The notes under the pieces are model-generated. The model ran no database searches. It worked only from the letters and a program-made list of their open reading frames with translations, and was not told the DNA's origin. A program made the position numbers and the translations under genes. This document shows positions 1 to 10,133 of a stretch of DNA of 64,000 nucleotides, in pieces (position 1 is the stretch's first letter; each line of letters starts with the position of its first letter). This stretch comes from an uncultured Acidobacteriota bacterium (lineage in GTDB: Bacteria; Acidobacteriota; Thermoanaerobaculia; Multivoradales; UBA5704), in NCBI GenBank assembly GCA_963700145.1, contig OY969474.1, positions 1,024,001-1,088,000 of the forward strand. The letters are read 5' to 3'.

Positions 1-1
1 C

Positions 2-1105
2 TTCCTCGCCCTGGTCAGCGGCACCGGGGCGGTCTCGAAGCTCTCGCCGCCATCGGGCCTCGAGATCGCCACCGCGAGCCTCGGTCGCCGCCCGCACGCC
101 GTCGCCCTGCGCGTGCCGGCCGGGCTGCCGCTCCTGCCGCTGCCGGCGCACCGGCCCCTGAGCGTGGAGGCGATCACGCTCGGCCGCAAGCTCTTCTTCG
201 ATCGGCGCCTTTCCGGCGACGGCACGGTCGCCTGCGCGAGCTGCCACCGGCCGGAGGCCGCCTTCGCCGACGGCCGCCGGGTGGCCCGGGGGATCGCCGG
301 CCGCGAGGGCCACCGCAACACGCCGTCGCTCCTCAACAGCGCTTACCGCCCGTGGCTGTTCTGGGAAGGGCGGACGGCGACGCTCGAGGAGCAGGTCGCG
401 CACGCGCTCCAGGGGTGGGCGGAGATGAACGGCCGGCCCGAGGCGGCGCTCGCCGTCGTCAGCGCCGACCCCGAGTACCGCCGGCTCTTCCGGCGTGCGA
501 CCGGCCGTGCCGAGATCGTCTTCGACGACCTGGCGGCGGCGCTCGCGGCGTACGAGCGGACGCTCCTCTCGGGCGACTCGCCCTTCGACCGCTGGTACTA
601 CGGCGGCGACGCGACGGCGATCTCCGAGCGCGCCAAGCGCGGCTTCAAGGTCTTCGCCGGCGCCGCGCGCTGCGGCTCCTGCCACACGCTCGGCGAGCGC
701 TCGGCGCTGTTCTCCGACCACCGGTTCCACAACACCGGGGTCGGCTACCACGTGCGCTTCGAGTACCTGGGCTACGGCGGCGACGGCCTGCCCGGCAACC
801 TGGCGCGCGACAACCGCTTCCGCGGCGAGTACCTGACGCCGTCGCTGCGCGGCGTCGCGCAGACCGCGCCCTACATGCACGACGGCAGCCTGGCGACGCT
901 GGCCGACGTCGTCGAGTTCTACGTCCGCGGCGGCGTGGCCAACCCGGATCTCGATCCGGCGATCCGGCCGATCGCGGGGCTCGGCGAGCGCGACAAGGCC
1001 GACCTCGTCGAGTTTCTCCATACGCTCAGCGGCGAGCCGCCGCCGGGCGAGCAGGAGCGCGTGCGGGCGCTGCGGCGCGCGGCGCTCCAGGGAGGCGGAC
1101 GATGA
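2..1105 (+). CDS. Di-heme cytochrome c peroxidase/MauG-MbnH family protein, 5'-truncated by the window edge
   Basis: Two CxxCH motifs (CASCH, CGSCH), LGRKLFFDRRLS, RNTPSL and TPSLRGVAQTAPYMHDGS. The frame is open back to base 2. Confidence 0.85.
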   Translation, partial: FLALVSGTGAVSKLSPPSGLEIATASLGRRPHAVALRVPAGLPLLPLPAHRPLSVEAITLGRKLFFDRRLSGDGTVACASCHRPEAAFADGRRVARGIAGREGHRNTPSLLNSAYRPWLFWEGRTATLEEQVAHALQGWAEMNGRPEAALAVVSADPEYRRLFRRATGRAEIVFDDLAAALAAYERTLLSGDSPFDRWYYGGDATAISERAKRGFKVFAGAARCGSCHTLGERSALFSDHRFHNTGVGYHVRFEYLGYGGDGLPGNLARDNRFRGEYLTPSLRGVAQTAPYMHDGSLATLADVVEFYVRGGVANPDLDPAIRPIAGLGERDKADLVEFLHTLSGEPPPGEQERVRALRRAALQGGGR

Positions 1106-2190
1106 CTCTCGATCCGGCACCGGCGCGCCTCGCGGGCGGCCTGCTCCTCCTCAGTCTCCTCCTGGCAGCGCCGCTGGCGGCGCAGGAGCACCGGCATGAG
1201 GTCGCGCCGGCCGACGACGAGGCGCCCGGCCTCAGGGTGCGGCGCGTGCTGACGCCGCCGCCGGGGTTCAAGGGCACGGTGACCTACGACGCCGACTCCG
1301 GGCGGCTCTTCCTGGTCTCCCACGGCCCGCCGGCCAACACGCGCGGCCGCAGCAGGCTCTACGAGCTCGAGCCGGCGGGAGGGAAGGTCCTGCGGCAGGC
1401 GATCCTGCCGTTCGTGGGCGAGCTCCCGTCGCCGGTGCTGGTGGACGGCGTCCTGTACCAGGCGGTCCATCACGAGTCGAAGCTGTTCCGGATCGACGTC
1501 CGCCCGGGGCCGGACTTCGGGAAGGTGCTGGGCGAGCTCGCGCTGCCGACGCTCGTCGACCTCGACGTCTCCTCGCGGGACGACGTCTACCGCTTCCCCT
1601 TCGTGTCGTTCCGCGGCGTCAGCCGCACGCCCGAGGGGGAGCTGCTGCTGCACGCCCAGGAGCTGGGGGATCTCGTCACCGTCGACCGGACGACCGGCCG
1701 CTTCACCCGCCGCGTTCCGACGCTCAAGGGGCTGGCCGGCATCGCGGCGGTCCCCGGGCCGCGCGGCGAGCCCCTGGTCCTCGCCAACAGCGACCCCGCG
1801 CAGGCGGAGTTCGAGAGCGAGGTGCGGCGCTTCATGTTCCGCGCCGCGCACGACGGGCCGCCGGCGCCGCGCTACGGCGCCCGCGACGTGCTCTGGGTCC
1901 TCCTCGACGGCGGCAGCGGCGAGGTCCTCGCCTCGGCCGAGAGCCGCGACTCGCGCGCCGAAGCCGGCGCCATCGCGCTGCTGCGGCGCGAGGACGTGGC
2001 GGGGACGCCCTACGGCCGGTACGTCTTCCTCACCACCGGCCCCGAAGGGCTCCTCGAGATGGAGTGGACACCTGGCGGCGACGCCGACGTCGCCGCCATC
2101 AGGAGCTGGGCCGCTCCCCGGCGGCCGTCACCAGAAGCTCGAAAAACCTGGGTCTATGGGGACCCGAACAAAGGAGCGGAACCACGATGA
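1102..2190 (+). CDS. Secreted hypothetical protein, probable beta-propeller
   Basis: ATG overlaps the upstream stop (ATGA) and follows a GGAGG RBS; signal peptide LLLLSLLLAAPLAAQ. Confidence 0.6.
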   Translation: MTLDPAPARLAGGLLLLSLLLAAPLAAQEHRHEVAPADDEAPGLRVRRVLTPPPGFKGTVTYDADSGRLFLVSHGPPANTRGRSRLYELEPAGGKVLRQAILPFVGELPSPVLVDGVLYQAVHHESKLFRIDVRPGPDFGKVLGELALPTLVDLDVSSRDDVYRFPFVSFRGVSRTPEGELLLHAQELGDLVTVDRTTGRFTRRVPTLKGLAGIAAVPGPRGEPLVLANSDPAQAEFESEVRRFMFRAAHDGPPAPRYGARDVLWVLLDGGSGEVLASAESRDSRAEAGAIALLRREDVAGTPYGRYVFLTTGPEGLLEMEWTPGGDADVAAIRSWAAPRRPSPEARKTWVYGDPNKGAEPR

Positions 2191-3383
2191 GAAACCCAGT
2201 CGGAATCGCCACCAATGAGGTAGCCGTCCAGGAGTTCGCGACGGGGCACCGTTACGGCGACCCCACCACGCGTTTCAGCGAAGCCATCCAGCACGCGGCG
2301 CTGAGCTTGGAGGGGCGCACCGACGACGAGCTCAAGGCCGACGGGCTCAACCTCCCCGACCCAGTGCTGCGCGAGTACGCCCTCTACCAGCTCCTGGCGC
2401 GGCGCCGCGAGGCCGCGCTGCCGGTGATCGAGCAGGCGCTGCTCAACGACAGCGACACCGACCTGCGCGTCAACCTGCTGTGGGCGCTCGAGTGGCTGCA
2501 CAGCCCGCAGTGCCGCGAGATCGGCCTGGCGCTGATCAACGATCCCGACCACCGCGTCCAGGAGTGGGCGCGCGTGTTCGCCTGGGAGATGGGCTGGACC
2601 GACAAGGACTTCCGCCGCGCCCGCGAGTTCGCCTACTACCAGGGGAGGACCTTCGACCAGACGATCTTCCTCCACATCACCTGCAACCTCTACATCCGCC
2701 TCGGCCAGGGGACGGACATGTGGGGCCACGTGCTGCTCAGCCCGCAGATGCTGGCCCGCATCTACGGCCAGGCCAAGGCCTGCCCGATCGTCGAGACCCG
2801 CGACCGCGAGATCGTCATCTCGAAGACCCTCCAGGGCCTGCACGAGGACGGCAGCGAGCACTACGAGGCCTTCCTCTTCCGCGGCTTCACCGAGCAGTCG
2901 ACGTCGACGCAGGGCAACTTCTACTTCGAGACCCAGAGCGAGCGGCCGTTCTTCCTCTCCGGCAAGGCCAACGACGCATCCGAGGGCGTCGTCGAGCGGG
3001 TCACCGTCCCGTTCGCCCGCGAGGGGCAGTGGTTCCTCAACGAGAACATCGAGATCAAGGGCAAGAAGGCGATCGAGTACGTGCGCGGTCTGTTCCAGGG
3101 CTGGGCGTTCGTCAACCTCGAGCGGATCGAGCGCAACGGCGGCCAGTTCCTGTTCCCCGGCAACTCGGTGCTCTCGACGCTGCACCACCCGGTCGTCGGC
3201 GAGAAGACCAACACCTTCCTGAACGGCCGCTTCAAGGGCAAGGTCGTGGACTGGAACGGCGACGGTATCATCGACCTCAACTACCTGCCGGGCAACGCCA
3301 CGGCCAAGGGCGAGGTCGACTCCAACAACGACGGCATCCCCGACGTGCCGGGCATGACCGTCTCCTGGCAGCCGGCGGCCTGA
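2187..3383 (+). CDS. HEAT-repeat protein with uncharacterised C-terminal domain
   Basis: AAGGAG RBS and ATGA overlap; HEAT-like repeats (DPVLREYALYQL, DTDLRVNLLWALE, DPDHRVQEWA); C-terminal DWNGDG and DSNNDG motifs. Confidence 0.7.
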   Translation: MRNPVGIATNEVAVQEFATGHRYGDPTTRFSEAIQHAALSLEGRTDDELKADGLNLPDPVLREYALYQLLARRREAALPVIEQALLNDSDTDLRVNLLWALEWLHSPQCREIGLALINDPDHRVQEWARVFAWEMGWTDKDFRRAREFAYYQGRTFDQTIFLHITCNLYIRLGQGTDMWGHVLLSPQMLARIYGQAKACPIVETRDREIVISKTLQGLHEDGSEHYEAFLFRGFTEQSTSTQGNFYFETQSERPFFLSGKANDASEGVVERVTVPFAREGQWFLNENIEIKGKKAIEYVRGLFQGWAFVNLERIERNGGQFLFPGNSVLSTLHHPVVGEKTNTFLNGRFKGKVVDWNGDGIIDLNYLPGNATAKGEVDSNNDGIPDVPGMTVSWQPAA

Positions 3384-3453
3384 GACGAGCCGGCCCGCAG
3401 GGTTTGCGCGGCGGGGTCGCGGGCCGTCCCGGCCCCGCCGGCGAGGAGCTGGC

Positions 3454-4206
3454 ATGTACGACGTGTTCCGGCAGCGCCAGGTGCCGGTGCCCCGCGAGGA
3501 GGTGTGGCGCGCCATCACCGATCCGGCGCGCCTCGGCCAGTGGTTCGCGGACGTCGATCGCCCCTTGGTGCCCGGCGAGAGCTTCCGTTTCAGCTTCGGC
3601 GACGGCGACTTCTTCGCCGGCACCCTGATCGATGCCGCCGTGCCCCGGCTCCTGCACCTGAACTGGAAGTTCATGGACCTCGGCCTCCTCTTCGAGGTGC
3701 GCTACATCCTGACTCCGCTCGACGGCGACTCAACCGAGGTGACGGTGCACGATCAGGGCTCGCTGTCGGTCGAGGAGGTGATGAGCCTGCGCCAGGGATG
3801 GGACGACTTCCTGATGCGCCTGGACCAGTACCTCCGCACCGGCAAGAACGTCCGCTACACCTGGAGCGAGTCGATCGGCATCGGCGCGCTGCTGCGCCAC
3901 ACCGGCGGCGCCCTGCCGGCCGAGCTCGACGACCCACAGTGGTGGCGCCGGCACTTCCCGAGCGCCCAGGTCAAGGTTGAGCGCCCGGCCGAGCGCCAGC
4001 TCCACCTCCAGTTCACCGAAGGCGACTGGGAGGGCGGCGGCACCGAGGCGCTGGTCGAGACCGCCTGCGTCGGCGGCGGCACTTACCTCGGGCTCACCCA
4101 TCGCGGCTGGCCCAACCTGCCGGCGCTGCGCCAGATCGTCGAGCGCCGGCGCTACGCCGGCCTCTGGCGCGGGGCGCTCAAGGCGCTCGAAGAGCGGTAT
4201 CACTGA
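3454..4206 (+). CDS. SRPBCC/AHSA1-family protein (two domains)
   Basis: VPREEVWRAITDPARLGQWF and GWDDFLMRL motifs; GAGGAG RBS. Confidence 0.75.
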   Translation: MYDVFRQRQVPVPREEVWRAITDPARLGQWFADVDRPLVPGESFRFSFGDGDFFAGTLIDAAVPRLLHLNWKFMDLGLLFEVRYILTPLDGDSTEVTVHDQGSLSVEEVMSLRQGWDDFLMRLDQYLRTGKNVRYTWSESIGIGALLRHTGGALPAELDDPQWWRRHFPSAQVKVERPAERQLHLQFTEGDWEGGGTEALVETACVGGGTYLGLTHRGWPNLPALRQIVERRRYAGLWRGALKALEERYH

Positions 4207-4223
4207 GCGCGGGGGCGGCCGGC

Positions 4224-5423
4224 GTGCGCGAACTCCTCGCCAATCGCGCGTTCAGGCGCCTCTGGGCGGCGGGCCTGCTGTCGGCGCTCGGCACGCAGGT
4301 CAGCCGCATCGGGCTCATCCTCTTCCTCTTCGAGCGTACCGACTCGGTGCCGGGGCTGGCGCTGCTCGTGGTGCTCGAGACGCTGCCGGGGGTGCTCGCC
4401 GCGCCCGCCGCCGGCGCCGTCATCGACCGCCTCGACCGGCGCGCGCTGATGATCGGCGCCGACCTCCTGCGCGCGCTCTTCCTACTCGCCGTCCTCGCGC
4501 ACCCGGCCGTCGAGACGATCTATCTGATGGCGGCGCTGGGCTCGGTCGCCACGGCGTTCTTCCAGCCGTCCGAGCGCGCGCTGCTGCCCGCCGTCGTCCC
4601 CGCGGCCGACCTGCCGCGCGCCAACGGCCTCGCCGAGAGCACGAGCAACCTGGTGCTGATCCTCGGCCCGCTCGCCGGCGCCGAGCTCTTCTTCAGCGTC
4701 GGCTTGGCGCCCACGCTGCTGCTCGACGCGGCCTCGTTCGTGCTGAGCGCGGTCTTGATCCTGGGCGTCGGCGCGGGCGCCGCGGCGCGGCCGGACGGGC
4801 GCGCGGAGCGGGCGTCGCCGCTCGCCGACCTGCGCGACGGCTGGCGCTACGTGCTGCACCACCGCCTGGTCCTGCACCTGGCGCTCCTTTTCTTCGTCAG
4901 CCTCCTCTGCGTCGGCCTCTGGCTGCCGCTCGCGCCGTTCTTCATCCGCGAGTTCCTGGGCGCCGGCGAGCGCCTGCTGGGAGTCCAGATCGCCGCCTTC
5001 GGCCTGGGTGGCGTGCTCGGCGGCCTCGCGGCGCCGCGGCTCGTCGCCCACCTCGGCCAGGGCGCGGCGCTCTCCCTCGGGTTCCTCGCCGAGGGGACCG
5101 TGATGACGCTCTACGCGCTGGTGCCGGACGCGCGCGCCTCGGTCGGCATCATCTTCGTCTGGGGCGTCGTGGTGTCGATCGTCGTCGTGCCCTTCTACTC
5201 GCTCCTCCAGAGCGTGGTCGACGAGGGCTTCCGCGGCCGCGTCTTCTCCTTCCTCAAGCAGAGCGAGAGCCTGGCCCTCCTCGGCGCGATGGGGCTCGCC
5301 GTCGCCCTCCAGCGGGTGCTCCCGAGCCACTGGATCTTCTGCGCCGCCGGCCTCGCCTACTGCGGCGTCGCCGCGCTCGCCGCGACCACCGCCGGCGGGC
5401 GCGTGCTGCGGGCCACGCGATGA
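4224..5423 (+). CDS. MFS transporter (macrolide-efflux/DHA3-like)
   Basis: About 12 hydrophobic segments; motif A (GAVIDRLDRR); NRAFRRLW start. Confidence 0.85.
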   Translation: MRELLANRAFRRLWAAGLLSALGTQVSRIGLILFLFERTDSVPGLALLVVLETLPGVLAAPAAGAVIDRLDRRALMIGADLLRALFLLAVLAHPAVETIYLMAALGSVATAFFQPSERALLPAVVPAADLPRANGLAESTSNLVLILGPLAGAELFFSVGLAPTLLLDAASFVLSAVLILGVGAGAAARPDGRAERASPLADLRDGWRYVLHHRLVLHLALLFFVSLLCVGLWLPLAPFFIREFLGAGERLLGVQIAAFGLGGVLGGLAAPRLVAHLGQGAALSLGFLAEGTVMTLYALVPDARASVGIIFVWGVVVSIVVVPFYSLLQSVVDEGFRGRVFSFLKQSESLALLGAMGLAVALQRVLPSHWIFCAAGLAYCGVAALAATTAGGRVLRATR

Positions 5424-7288
5424 GACGCCGCGCCCTGGCGCTCCTCCTCGGACTCTGGGTCGTCGCCGTCGTCGCCGCCGGTTGCGCCGGCCGCGAGCCG
5501 GTCTACGCGCTCCGCCGGCTGGCGGCCGATCCCGCCGGCGGCGGCGACGCTTCGATCTCTCCCGACGGGCGGCGATTCGTCGTCAGCTCGCGACGTGCCG
5601 GCAACTGGGACCTCTGGCTCTACGACATCGCGGCCGGGCGCTGGACGCAGCTCACTCGTCACCCCGCCGACGACTTCGAGGGCAAGTGGTCGCCCGACGG
5701 CCGGCGCCTCGCCTTTACCTCGACCCGCGGCGGCGGCAAGGACGTCTGGGTGATGTCGCTCGCCGGCGGCGCGCCGCGGCAGCTCACTTCCTCGCCGGCG
5801 GAAGAGGAGTACCCGGCCTGGTCGCCGGACGGGCGGCGGGTCGTCTACTCGGGCGGCCCGTGGGGCGAGCGCGATTTCTGGACCGTCCCCGCCGCCGGCG
5901 GCGCGCCGCGCAAGCTGACGCGGCGCCCCGGCTGGGCCGGCGCCTGCACCTTCGGCGCGCGCAGCGACTCGCTCGTCTGCCATCGCTACGACCAGGGGTC
6001 GGGCGACGTCGAGCGCCTCTGGCTCGACGACGGCGAGTCGACGCCGCTCACAGCCGGCGCCGACTGGGACTACAAGCCGGCCGAGTCGCCGGACGGGCGC
6101 TGGATCGCCTTCTCGCGCAGCCGCGAGGGGCCGTCGGGGATCTGGCTCATGCCGGCGGCCGGGGGGCGGGCGCGGCCGCTCACCGCCTCGCTCGCCGAGG
6201 ATCGCTGGCCGACCTGGAGCGCGGCGGGGGACCGCCTCTTCTTCCACCGGCTGGTGGAGACCGGCACCGCAGTCAAGCTCCTCGACCGCGCGAGCGGACG
6301 CGTGAGGACGCTCGTCGACGCCGGGGAGCGGCCGCTCCAGGCGGCGCTCGACCCGGCCGGCCGGCGGCTCGTCTACTGCGCCGAGCGCGGCGGCCGGCGC
6401 GTGCTGCGGCTGAAGGACCTCGGAAGCGGCGCCGTGCGCACGCTCCCGACCGGCGCCGCCGCGGCTTGCTTTCCGCGCTTCTCGCCCGACGGCGCGGCGA
6501 TCGCCTTCGCCGCCCGCGGCCCGGTGCGGTGGGAGATCGCCGTCATGCGCTCCGGCGGCGGCGGCCTGCGGGCGCTCACCGCCGGCCACGCCGGTCTGCG
6601 CGGCCTCGACGGCCCGCTCGACTGGTCGCCCGACGGCGCCCGGCTTCTCTTCCACTCCGACACGCGCGCCTTCGAGGCCAGCCTCTACACCGTCGAGGTG
6701 GCGACGCGGCGCCTGGCGCGGCTGACCTCCGACGCCTGGTTCGACGAGGCGCCGTCGTGGACGCCGGACGGGCGCGGCGTCCTCTTCATGTCGACGCGCG
6801 GCGGCGACTGGACGTGGGGCCTGTTCCGGTTGGCGGTCGATCGCGACGAGCAACGAGACGAGCCGGGTGGAGTGCTGGATGGGAAGGACGCGGCGATCCA
6901 GGTCTTCGCGGGTCCCGACTACGAGGAGAAGAACTACCCGCGGGCGGCGGCCGACGGCGCGATCCTCTGGAGCGCGGTGGACGGCGCGGGGGTCGAGCGG
7001 ATCGTCGAGCGGGCGGCCGGCGGCGAGGCGCGTGTGTGGCCGGGGACGGAGGGCGGGCGGTGGCCCTCGCTCTCGGCCGACGGGCGGCAGGTGGTGTTCA
7101 CGACGATCGCCAAGCGGGTCGAGTACTGGCTGGCGGAGAACCCGACCGGCAAGGGCTCGCCGCTCGCGGCGCCGCCGCGGCCTGCCCGCGGCCGGCGTGG
7201 AGCTCAGGTGGCGGCGATGACGCATCGCCCGGAGGTGGAGATCCGCACGGGCGCCCGCCGCAGCCCCGTCGATCTCCACCACCGCTGA
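5420..7288 (+). CDS. TolB-like PD40 beta-propeller lipoprotein
   Basis: ATGA overlap, lipobox AAGC, many WSPDG repeats. Confidence 0.85.
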   Translation: MRRRALALLLGLWVVAVVAAGCAGREPVYALRRLAADPAGGGDASISPDGRRFVVSSRRAGNWDLWLYDIAAGRWTQLTRHPADDFEGKWSPDGRRLAFTSTRGGGKDVWVMSLAGGAPRQLTSSPAEEEYPAWSPDGRRVVYSGGPWGERDFWTVPAAGGAPRKLTRRPGWAGACTFGARSDSLVCHRYDQGSGDVERLWLDDGESTPLTAGADWDYKPAESPDGRWIAFSRSREGPSGIWLMPAAGGRARPLTASLAEDRWPTWSAAGDRLFFHRLVETGTAVKLLDRASGRVRTLVDAGERPLQAALDPAGRRLVYCAERGGRRVLRLKDLGSGAVRTLPTGAAAACFPRFSPDGAAIAFAARGPVRWEIAVMRSGGGGLRALTAGHAGLRGLDGPLDWSPDGARLLFHSDTRAFEASLYTVEVATRRLARLTSDAWFDEAPSWTPDGRGVLFMSTRGGDWTWGLFRLAVDRDEQRDEPGGVLDGKDAAIQVFAGPDYEEKNYPRAAADGAILWSAVDGAGVERIVERAAGGEARVWPGTEGGRWPSLSADGRQVVFTTIAKRVEYWLAENPTGKGSPLAAPPRPARGRRGAQVAAMTHRPEVEIRTGARRSPVDLHHR

Positions 7289-7350
7289 CTGCTCTAGCCG
7301 CCCTCCGGTCGGAGGGTTGAGCCGGGTCGGAGGAGCCGAGGAGCCAAGCA

Positions 7351-8220
7351 ATGAGCCGGACGACGAAGCTCGCAGCAGCGGCCGTGGCGATCCTCCTCCT
7401 GGCCGCCGCCGGTGCCCTGTGGGCGAGCCTCGCCGGCCAGGGCTGGCGCGCCGAGACCCGCATCGTCCCGACGTCGCTCAAGAACCTCTCGGCCGTGACC
7501 TGGGACGGCGAGGCGCTGTGGGTCACCGTCGACACCGCGGGGCGCGCCTACCACCTCGATCCCGCGACCGGCGCCGTCGACCGCACGCTCGCGCTGCCGG
7601 CCAAGGACACCGGGGGCAGCGCCTGGGACGGCCGCACGCTCTGGCAGCTCGCCTATCGCGAGCGGAAAATCTACCGCCTCGACCCCGTGTCCGGCGCGGT
7701 CCTGGCCACGATCCCCTCGCCGGGCCGCGGCATGTGCAGCGGCATGACGTGGGACGGCCGCCACCTCTGGCTCGCCAACTGGGAGGACGAGCGCATCTAC
7801 CAGATCGATCAGGAGCGCGGCGGGCGGGTGCTGCGCTCGATCCCGGGCGAGCTCGAGTTCACCGGTCTCGCCTGGGACGGCCGCTATCTCTGGACCGGCG
7901 TGCTGGTGGGGACCGAGTCGCACGACGAGGCGCCGCCCTTCACCGGCTTCGTGCAGCAGCTCGACGTCGACACCCGCCGCGCGCTGCGCGCCTTCCCGGT
8001 CAACGGCGTCACCCCGGGCGGCTGCGACTGGGTCCCGGGGCGGCGCCTGGCGCGGCGCTTCTGGTGGTACGACCACTATCACGCGCGCTTGGTCGAGATG
8101 CGCCTCCGCCACGAGCACGAGAGCGCCGGGCGGGCGGCGGCGGGGATGTTGCTTCTCTTCGGTTGCGCGAGCGGCGGGTGGGCGCTGCGGGGGTGGCGGA
8201 GGGAGCGTCAGGGCACCTAG
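7351..8220 (+). CDS. Beta-propeller membrane protein (glutaminyl cyclase-like WDG repeats)
   Basis: Four (T/A)WDGxxLW repeats, an N-terminal signal/TM segment and a C-terminal TM segment. Confidence 0.65.
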   Translation: MSRTTKLAAAAVAILLLAAAGALWASLAGQGWRAETRIVPTSLKNLSAVTWDGEALWVTVDTAGRAYHLDPATGAVDRTLALPAKDTGGSAWDGRTLWQLAYRERKIYRLDPVSGAVLATIPSPGRGMCSGMTWDGRHLWLANWEDERIYQIDQERGGRVLRSIPGELEFTGLAWDGRYLWTGVLVGTESHDEAPPFTGFVQQLDVDTRRALRAFPVNGVTPGGCDWVPGRRLARRFWWYDHYHARLVEMRLRHEHESAGRAAAGMLLLFGCASGGWALRGWRRERQGT

Positions 8221-8277
8221 CTCGCCGAGCCCCGGACGCGGAGGCCGGGCTGCAGACCGTCCAAAAGGAGAGCCGTC

Positions 8278-8712
8278 ATGTCGAGCTATCAGACGGGCAT
8301 CACCATCGCCGCGCCGCCCGAGCGGGTGTTCAAGCTGCTGACCGAGCCGGAGCAGATCAAGCGCTGGGCCGACGGAGTGGAGTCGATCGAGTACACCGAA
8401 GGCAGCCCGCGCCAGGCCGGCGCCCGCTTCAAGCAGCGGATCAAGGAGGGGAGCAAGATCGTCGAGTACGACGGCGAGGTCGTCGCCTACGAGCCGCCAC
8501 GCCGCCACACGACGCGGCTGGCGAACCCGCAGTTCACGATGGTCATCGACCACCACTTGAGCGCCGAGGGCGGCGGCACGCGCGTCGAGCAGCAAGTCGA
8601 CATGACGGCGCACAGCGCCCTCGGGCGGCTCCTCGGATTTGTCTTCTGCTGGTTCACCAAGGGCATCTCGCGCAAGCAGCTCGCGAAGGTCAAGGAGCTC
8701 GCCGAGAGCTAG
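8278..8712 (+). CDS. SRPBCC/polyketide cyclase-family protein
   Basis: ITIAAPPERVFKLLTEPEQIKRW; AAGGAG RBS. Confidence 0.8.
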   Translation: MSSYQTGITIAAPPERVFKLLTEPEQIKRWADGVESIEYTEGSPRQAGARFKQRIKEGSKIVEYDGEVVAYEPPRRHTTRLANPQFTMVIDHHLSAEGGGTRVEQQVDMTAHSALGRLLGFVFCWFTKGISRKQLAKVKELAES

Positions 8713-8733
8713 GGGACTACAATCGTCTCCGCA

Positions 8734-9498
8734 ATGAGCGGAGTGAGATTGGCTGACCTCGTCGCCTACCTGGACGACCTGCTCGAGGCCCATGAAGGCT
8801 GCGACTTCGGACCGAACGGGCTCCAGGTCGAGGGGCGGGAGGAGGTGCGGCGGGTGGTGACCGGCGTCTCCGCCTGCCGCGAGCTGTTCGAGCGGGCGGC
8901 GGCGGCGGGCGCCGACGCCGTCCTCGTTCACCACGGCCTCTTCTGGGAGGGGATGCCGCGGACGTTGACGGGCTTCCAGTACCGGCGCGTGGCCGAGCTG
9001 CTCCGCGCCGGGATGAGCCTCGTCGCCTACCACCTCCCGCTCGACCGCCACCCCACCTACGGCAACAACGCCCTGGCGGCGCGGGCCTTCGGGCTCGAAG
9101 GGCTGGAGCCCTTCGCGGTCCACGAGGGGCTGCCGATCGGCTTCCGGGGCCGCTTCCCCGAGCCGATCTCGGTCGAGGAGCTGACCCGGCGCTGCGCCGC
9201 GGTCTACGGCCAGGAGCCGCTCGCGCTCCCGGGCGGCCCGGAGCTTGTGAAGACCCTGGGCATCGTCTCCGGCGGCGCCCAGCGCGAGGTCCACGACGCC
9301 ATCGCCGCCGGCCTCGACGCCTACCTGACCGGCGAGGCCAGCGAGTGGGTGATGAACGTGGTCCGCGAAGCCGGCATCCACTACCTCGCCGCCGGCCACT
9401 ACGCCACCGAGCGCCTCGGCGTCCGCGCCCTCGGCGAGCACCTCGCCGACCGCTTCGGGCTGGCGGTCGAGTTCATCGACGTGCCGAACCCGGTCTGA
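8734..9498 (+). CDS. Nif3-like dinuclear metal centre protein (YbgI family)
   Basis: NGLQVEG, VHHGLFW, YHLPLD, AGHYATE and C-terminal IDVPNPV. Confidence 0.92.
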   Translation: MSGVRLADLVAYLDDLLEAHEGCDFGPNGLQVEGREEVRRVVTGVSACRELFERAAAAGADAVLVHHGLFWEGMPRTLTGFQYRRVAELLRAGMSLVAYHLPLDRHPTYGNNALAARAFGLEGLEPFAVHEGLPIGFRGRFPEPISVEELTRRCAAVYGQEPLALPGGPELVKTLGIVSGGAQREVHDAIAAGLDAYLTGEASEWVMNVVREAGIHYLAAGHYATERLGVRALGEHLADRFGLAVEFIDVPNPV

Positions 9499-9511
9499 GG
9501 CGCGTCCCGCC

Positions 9512-9820
9512 CTACGCCCGAAGCAACTGGACGTCGTACGCGGCGAGCTGGCGGTCGGCGGTGAGGAGCGGCAGGTTTTCCAGCTGCGCCTGCGCGACGA
9601 GGAGACGGTCGAAGGGGTCGCGATGGTGCGGCGGGAGGTTGGCCGTCCAGAGGACGTGCGCGTGGTGGATCGGCAGCGCCGTCGTGCCGCTCGCCCGCAT
9701 GCGGCTCGGCACGTAGTCGGAGGGCGGCTCCGGCAACGGCAGCTTGCGCGTCTCTGCCGAGAGCCGTCGCGGGGCCATCTGCATCCAGAGCCAGACCTGC
9801 GTGTCGAGGAGGACCCTCAC
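9512..9820 (-). CDS. VapC/PIN toxin with apparent internal in-frame deletion
   Basis: LLDTQVWLW and HHRDPFDRLLVAQA; only 102 aa. Confidence 0.75.
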   Translation of the reverse strand: MRVLLDTQVWLWMQMAPRRLSAETRKLPLPEPPSDYVPSRMRASGTTALPIHHAHVLWTANLPPHHRDPFDRLLVAQAQLENLPLLTADRQLAAYDVQLLRA

Positions 9821-10047
9821 GAAAGGAAGTCGGCGAGGACCTCGTCGGGCAGCGGCGCGTCGAAGTCGTCCGGCACCTCGAAGACACCCTCGTCGATCCC
9901 GAGCCGGCGGCCGGCCGGCGCCTGGACCGGCACCAGCTTCGCCACGGGCTTCCCGGCGCGGGCGATCACGACTTCCTCGCCGTGCTCCACCTCGGCCAGC
10001 AGCCGGGAGAGGTGGGTCTTCGCCTCGTGGACGTTCACTTCGCGCAC
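9817..10047 (-). CDS. Phd/YefM-family antitoxin
   Basis: VNVHEAKTHLSRLL...VVIARAGKPVAKL...DDFDAPLP. Confidence 0.9.
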   Translation of the reverse strand: MREVNVHEAKTHLSRLLAEVEHGEEVVIARAGKPVAKLVPVQAPAGRRLGIDEGVFEVPDDFDAPLPDEVLADFLS

Positions 10048-10133
10048 GTCGGCAGGTTAGCTAAATTGCCGGACTAGGGCAACTCCACAGCGGGGTGGGC
10101 AGGAAACGAGGCGCCTGACGGCCCGAAAACTTG

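Noticed and set aside
2-3383. Methanobactin or methylamine-utilisation cluster
   Set aside because: Only the peroxidase-family gene fits; no precursor, MbnB/C or Mau structural genes are visible.
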